A stretch of 64,000 nt of DNA, from contig OZ037844.1 of assembly GCA_964035575.1 (NCBI GenBank), forward strand, positions 682,001 through 746,000, in the 5' to 3' direction. This document shows, piece after piece, positions 58,005 to 64,000 of this stretch; position 1 is the stretch's first letter; each line of letters opens with the position of its first letter. The position numbers were made by a program, and so were the translations under genes. The stretch comes from Rhynchopus sp. YZ270_cl-10. Taxonomy: Eukaryota. The notes under the pieces were generated by a model. It was not told the DNA's origin. It searched no databases and saw nothing but the letters and a program-made list of their open reading frames with translations.

Positions 58005-58730
58005 CAGGGTTTCCGCCAAGGGGGACCGGGGGGGACCATGGACCCCCCCAATATTTTTCCCAGAAAAATCCGGATTTTTACAGGGGTTTGGGGGGGACCA
58101 TGGTCCCCCCCAAGAAAAATGGGGTTTTGGAGGTTGTAGATGACCCCCGTGGTCATGTGACCCCACCGTGCCGAGCATTTGGCTCGCTGTGTCAAAAGAA
58201 ATGGAAGAAAAGGGGATGGCGAACTCTAAAAAATAAAAAAGTAGCGTACCGTGCGCCTGCGGCGCTATGTTGCTGGCTCTTTGATGTTGATATTATTGGT
58301 ACCATTGATACCTCCGAGCTAAAGGAGGCTTCGGCAAGCGACGAGTACATTCACTTTCATTACATGTTCCAACTGCAGCACTGCAAACACTGTGTAGCGC
58401 CATACAAGGAAAAAAGCAAATACCATCACCCTCCACTCTCACAAGATCCCTTACCTACCTGTGCAGCTGCTTAGCACGGTTATCAAACCTGGTGCTAAAA
58501 AGCCTGGCGCAAAAAAGTTGTGCCAAAGCTGGCAGAGCAGACTTGTCTTTGCTGTCAAGAAGGAGACTCCCACGGTTGTCACACCCTTCGCCTCTCCACT
58601 CTGTGGCCTGCAGGGAGGCGCGCGCGAAGCGCGCGACGACCGCTATTGCGGGGAGAAAAAAAAATTTTTGGGGGGTCTTTTTGATGGTCCCCCCCAATTT
58701 CTGAAACCCCAAATCCTGGCGGAAACCCTG
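58005..58730. mobile_element. Non-autonomous hAT-like element with a 5-bp TSD
   Basis: TIR CAGGGTTTCCGCCA(A/G)G; TSD CGATA (58000-04, 58731-35); subterminal GGGGGGACCATGG(A/T)CCCCCC palindromes. Confidence 0.8.
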
Positions 58731-58928
58731 CGATATTTAAAAAAAACGGAAACAAAGTTCGACAACGACTGGGATGAGATTGGAGGGGTAATTGCATTGC
58801 GTTACCTTTGCTTTAAAATTCTGTGAACATTCCTCTTTTTTTCGTTCATACTTTGTTTTCTATTATATTTTTTCTTCTTTTTTCCCCCTCTCTTTTTAGT
58901 TTCGTTCCTCTCCTTTCCTCCCACTTTA

Positions 58929-61316
58929 CTAGCTATCGTCATTTTGTGTCCAATGAGCTTTGTTTTCCTCTGTCAAATCTACGGAGAAGTGCATATCGGG
59001 TAAGAACTCAGAGATACATTCGAATAGAGGGACAACGATGTAGTTCATGAAAGCGATCTGTCCTTTTGCCATGGCCGGTGAAAAGCGGTCCATGAACGGA
59101 GAGCAGGGGAAGCCAAGGTTGCGCTCTCGGTCCCCTTGCATGTAGAACTCATCGGCAATCTGGTTGCACCAGCCCAGATAGAGCTTCTGGTCGCGCCCGC
59201 AGTTCGAGATGTCGGCCATCTTCACTGCCATGGAGAGCGCGAGGCGGATGTCCTCCTTCTTCTTGAAGTCGTGGTCCTCGACTAAACGGCGTTTGAACGT
59301 GCCCAGGATCTTTGCGTGGAGTCCCATGTCGGTTGCAAGCACCATCTCTACCAACGTCTCTCTGATATCACGCCGCTGATCATCAGAAAAGCCCTGAAGA
59401 ATATTGAATTTGTCCATCTTCATCAACTCAAAGACACTCGAGACGTGGATGTTTTCGAGAATGGAACGGTCGTTGAACAGCGTTGCCAGGTAGGTTTGCA
59501 CTCTGTAAAAGGTGTTGTGAGTGGTCGAGAATCCGATACACTTTAGTTTACATTTAATCCAAGAAATGACTCACATCATTACAGGTGTTGACTGCACCTT
59601 AGATAAGTACGGATATTCCGTCTCCAAACAAAAATGAAAAACAGTGAAGTTGATACTAGTGGCATCCAATGGGGCGTGAACTAAAAAATAAAAAGTTATA
59701 AACACATCTGTGATACGATGAGCAGAAACACATACTTGATATGGTAGTTGTTGTTGATACCCGGGTGGTTGTAATCGTGGATGATGGCTGCACAGAGGGC
59801 TGCGAAGACGTCCTCGTTTGCGAGGTTGCATTTCTGTAGGGTTTTGAAGTGGACATGAACAACAACAAATTTAAAAAGGACTTCAAAAACGAACATTTTT
59901 GATCCCTTTCGCTGTCACCACCCAGGGTACGCTCTGCACCCAATGCCAGGGGCACGACACAACGCTGCAGTGCAGGACATACCTTAATAAGCCCGCCTCC
60001 TGAGAGAATGAAGTGCGTGATGTGCAACACATCGGCAGCGTGCATGGAGTTGTGGTACGGGTTTGGGTGGTAGCCTGTTGGGAGAAGATGGAGTTTGTTT
60101 GTTTTCCTTGTTTTTGATAAATTGTTGTAGTAGCCACAGCTCCACTTTCCCTTTGTTCACTCACATAACAGCCTCAGATCTATTACAATACGTCAAAAGA
60201 GGGGGGGGAAACGTTGCGTTAAGTCCGGGCACAACTCCAACGCAATAGCATACCTGCCTCCACAAGGGACAGCCAATTCAGAACAATCTTCTCGTTCAGG
60301 TTGAACGTCTGGATGAAGCCGTATCTGTGGAAGAGCGCGTACGCTGTCGCAAAGAGCGATCCACCGTGCGGCTGTGTGGAGAGCCCTTCGTGCATGAAGG
60401 ACCCACACATGGTCTCTTGGAGGGCGAAGACGTCGAAGCCCCATTCGTCCACACGGCCCAGGATTTCGTGTACCTGCTGGTACATAGGCTCGGGGAGGTT
60501 TTCGCGCATGTCTTTAAACTCGGAGATTGTGTACGGCTTGACGACACAGCAGTATTGGAAGACCTTTGCGTCTGCGTCGTACACCTGCCCATCAGCGAAG
60601 TCCATGAACTGTGCCTTGATGACACGAAGCAGCTCGAGGTCCACCTCCTTGCAGTCCGCCTCCCCAAGAGGGTTGCGGACACGTGAGATCACCTCCTCGT
60701 CGTCGATGATTTCCTCCTCGGGCTCGCCGTTCTCGACAGCAGCCTTCTTCTTGATCTCCTCCAGCGCTGTCAGCTCCTTCTGCAGGTCGACGATGCGTGC
60801 GTGGTTGTACTGCACCTTTTCGTTGCAGCCGTTGATGGTGTCCTTCAGGGTTTGCTCCTCGAGCTCGAGTTCTTTGAACTTTGCCATGGCGGCAGCGCTT
60901 TTGCCTGCAGCCTCCTCGACACAGAGTTTGTCAGGGTCTTTCGAGACACGGAGTTTCGTGAAGGATATGATGTTGTCGAGGAGAATGGTGTGCCCGCTCG
61001 CTTCAGAGTGGTTCAGGGTGAAGCGGCCGCACCCGGGGACGTCGAGGATACAGGCATCGCTCCCTTGCAGTGTGCTGGTGCATTTGTTGTGGTTGAACGA
61101 CTGTGCAAGCGCCTTAAAGTATTGTGCATAATCGCCTGCCCCATTCTTTGTCAAGTCTGCATGTCCAAACCTGCCTTCAAAGCACGCATCTGCCGCAGTC
61201 GTCGCAGTCAACGTCAAAACGCCATTCAGCCCAGTCTTCGCAAGAACCACTGTATTAGTGTTTGTCTTCGTGAACAGCTTTGGGAGTTTGGCGAGCGCTT
61301 CTTCCAGTGCTGCCAT
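58929..61316 (-). CDS. Class I cyclic-nucleotide phosphodiesterase, kinetoplastid PDEA-like. Exons 61316-60254, 60074-59983, 59833-59736, 59502-58929.
   Basis: Motifs YHNSMHAADV, HDYNHPGINN, LENIH, LATDM, ADISN and EFYMQGDRE. Three GT-AG introns with compatible phases (1, 0, 2). Confidence 0.93.
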
Positions 61317-62702
61317 TTAAGGGGGAGGGGAGAGGAGGAAAGAAGGGAGAGGAGGCGGGGGAAGTGGGTAAAAGCTGACGCCTTCGTGTAGAAAAGAAAA
61401 GAAAAAAAGAAAAAAAAAGACTGTTTCTAGTTTTGAGAAACAGCTGAAGGGGGTAGGGGTGGTGTGTGTAGTGTTTCGATGCCTTATCTCCTGAGGGGGG
61501 GTGGTGTGTGCTGTGTTGTTGGGGAGAGGGGGAGAGAGGTACTGCGTATTGATGACGATGCGTGCATATCGCTATTATTAGTTCGCACGGCCCATCAGCC
61601 ACGGTGGGCACAATGTGGGGCACACTGAGAAAATAAAGTGAAGTTGATAGTGCAAACGCCTCTGGGACGCAGGCACTGCCACTCCGCAAGAAATAAAAGA
61701 GAAGGTACTTTGTTTTATCATTCTTTGGCCATTACTGGTCTTTTTATTGAATAGGTTACGTAAACAATGAACAGAAAGCAAGGTGGCGCAGTGTAATTAA
61801 ATACCAGAAAAGTGTGTGGTTAAAAACATGTGTAACAATTGCGTAACATTGCGTGCGCTGGGTTAACGCTTGGGGTAAAAGACCAACACGTGGAGGATTT
61901 AGGCTCGCTTAGGGGGTGGCGCGACTCACCCATCTGGCTTGCGCAGACTGCTGCCTCTAGTACTAAAGTGTAAACAGAACTGAAAGTGGAATTTGCATCC
62001 CTCTCCAAATCTTCAAACACCCTGAGGGGGGCGTGTCTCCTCTGGAAAAGGCTCTCAATCGACAAAAATCACAAAAATCATCACAAAAACGACACAAAAA
62101 AAGTGGTCTGAAAAACTAATCTCGAAAACGTCCTTCAGTTCCTTCAGCTAGCAAAGAGGAAGAAAGACAGCCAGTGGGTCTCTTGAAGTGGGAAAGGGTT
62201 AGCGACAGGGTTGTGGAGGGTCTCAAACACAGGCAAAGAAACACAAACTTCTCTACCCAACTAAATAAACTTTCTCGATGTGTCTGTCTCATGTTTGGTT
62301 ATTATTCCTTGCAGAACTTAGTGAGAGCGTGTGAGAGTTGCTGAGAGCAAGTGGGAAAATGTATCCGTTGCGCTTGATCAGATCTCGAGAGTTGTTGCAT
62401 TGCACGCTTCCACAGGGGATTTCTGCAGACAAGACCACTCAGGTCAAGACATCGATTCGAGCAGTCAACACCTTCACAGAGTTTCAGGAGGAACGGACCC
62501 CTGGATGCAATTAAAGGTCCAGCCCAGGACCAAATAAACATAATGAGAACTTTCAAAGTGTGAACGCCTCACCGTACACCGGAGGACGCAGGCACTGCAG
62601 AAACAAAGGACCCACTGTTGTGGCAAATAGGCACCTGAGAAACAGACGAAAGTGCTCAACACACAGGAACAACAGTCAGCAGCGCCGTCACGTTGCTGCA
62701 CA

Positions 62703-64000
62703 CTACTTTGAGTGGGGCAAGGCCCGCAGTCGTGAATAATACGACCCTTCACTTCGTCTGCCATTCCCGCTCTCATCCACCTCCGTGCTCTCACAGTCCT
62801 TTGCCTTCATCTTTGCGTCACGTGCTGCCTTCTTCAGACTCTCGTTCTCCTCCGCAAGCCGCTTACTCTCCTCTGCCAGCTTCACGATGTGCTCGCTGCA
62901 CTGCCTCACTGTCTCCCTCATCTCAGCACATTCCGCTCTAAGCTCTGCCATGCCGCCTTGTTCCGGCTGCTCCGAGACCGGCGCCGTCTGCTCTGTCGGC
63001 CCCAGCACCCCCTTCTGTGCCTCCAACATCTCCTTCTGCTGGTCCATAACACTCTTCATCATTTCCTGCAGTGCTTTCATTTCCTCCTTCATCGCATTGC
63101 CTTGCTCCAGCGCTGCTTCCAGTGTAGTGTTCCCCAACCTGTCTGTCTGCTTCACGTCCACTTCCCGGCAGTCTTCCGGCAAGTTCGCAAGGTAGCGCAC
63201 AATCTCAGTGTGCCCATTGGCTCCCGCAAGGGTAAGACATGTCCTACCTTCATTGTCTGTGACACAGACTCCCGCACCTGCTTCGACCAACATCTTCACA
63301 ATCGCAAGTGATCCTGAACGGCTAGCCCAATGAAGAGGCGATTGTCCCTCCTCGTCCTTTGTCTCGATGTCTGCCCCTGCATCAATGAGAAGCTGCACCA
63401 CATCGGGGTGTTCTTTGTCCACCGCATTCTGTAACGCAGTTAGGTCGTTGAATCCTTTGTGATTCAAATCCACCTCCCGCAAGCCAACAATATAGCGCAC
63501 ACTGTCGGTGTGTCCATGATATGTCGCAAGGATAAGACATGTGTCTCCATCGTCGTTTGTGACGAATACTTCCGCACCTGCTTTGACCAACATCTTCACA
63601 TTTGCGATCTTCCCCGCCTCGCAAGCCATGTGCAGAGGCGACCATTCATGGTCATCCTTTGCCTCAATGTCTGCCCCTGCATCAATGAGCAGCCCCACCA
63701 CATCTGCATGAACTGTTAATGCCACCCGGTGCAGTGCAGTCTGACCCCTACGACCTCTCTGGTTCATGTCCACCTCAGGCAATGTCGCAAGATAGCGCAC
63801 AGTCTCAGTGTGTCCTTTATATGCCGCAAGGATAAGACATGTGTCTCCGACTTTGTCTCTGACACACACTCCCGCACCTGCTTTGACCAACATCTTCACA
63901 ATCACAAGGTCCCCATGCACACTTGCACATTGCAGAGCCGAACGCCCAAAGTTGTTCTTGGCCTCGATATCTGCCCCTGCATCAATGAGCACCTGCAATG
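62703..64000 (-). CDS. Ankyrin-repeat protein with a C-terminal coiled coil (5' end outside the window)
   Basis: Same three-repeat modules, followed by heptad-like EEMKALQEMMK... and KLAEESKRLAEENESLKK segments. Confidence 0.9.
   Translation of the reverse strand, partial: LQVLIDAGADIEAKNNFGRSALQCASVHGDLVIVKMLVKAGAGVCVRDKVGDTCLILAAYKGHTETVRYLATLPEVDMNQRGRRGQTALHRVALTVHADVVGLLIDAGADIEAKDDHEWSPLHMACEAGKIANVKMLVKAGAEVFVTNDDGDTCLILATYHGHTDSVRYIVGLREVDLNHKGFNDLTALQNAVDKEHPDVVQLLIDAGADIETKDEEGQSPLHWASRSGSLAIVKMLVEAGAGVCVTDNEGRTCLTLAGANGHTEIVRYLANLPEDCREVDVKQTDRLGNTTLEAALEQGNAMKEEMKALQEMMKSVMDQQKEMLEAQKGVLGPTEQTAPVSEQPEQGGMAELRAECAEMRETVRQCSEHIVKLAEESKRLAEENESLKKAARDAKMKAKDCESTEVDESGNGRRSEGSYYSRLRALPHSK

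Overview
Eukaryotic nuclear DNA, most likely a euglenozoan such as a diplonemid. This is inferred from every credible gene lying on the minus strand, GT-AG introns, and kinetoplastid-like PDE and ABCC proteins. The window holds 9 ankyrin-repeat genes: a pair at 2-3164, a tandem array of six at 25.3-39.6 kb and a partial copy at the right edge. Eight share a near-constant N-terminus followed by shuffled, variable three-repeat modules. Other genes: a ubiquitin-like + LRR protein; a multi-pass membrane protein fused to a class-3 lipase; a SAM + ADP-ribosyltransferase-like protein; a GT23 fucosyltransferase; an intronless MddA-like methanethiol methyltransferase; an ABCC/MRP transporter with a CAP-Gly-like insert; and a cyclic-nucleotide phosphodiesterase. 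Intergenic DNA is dense in non-autonomous DNA transposons with readable TIRs and TSDs (hAT, piggyBac, Tc1/mariner, CMC-like, Mutator-like, Harbinger-like), two microsatellite arrays and several short dispersed structured repeats. All family assignments come from motif recognition by eye; no database search was run.
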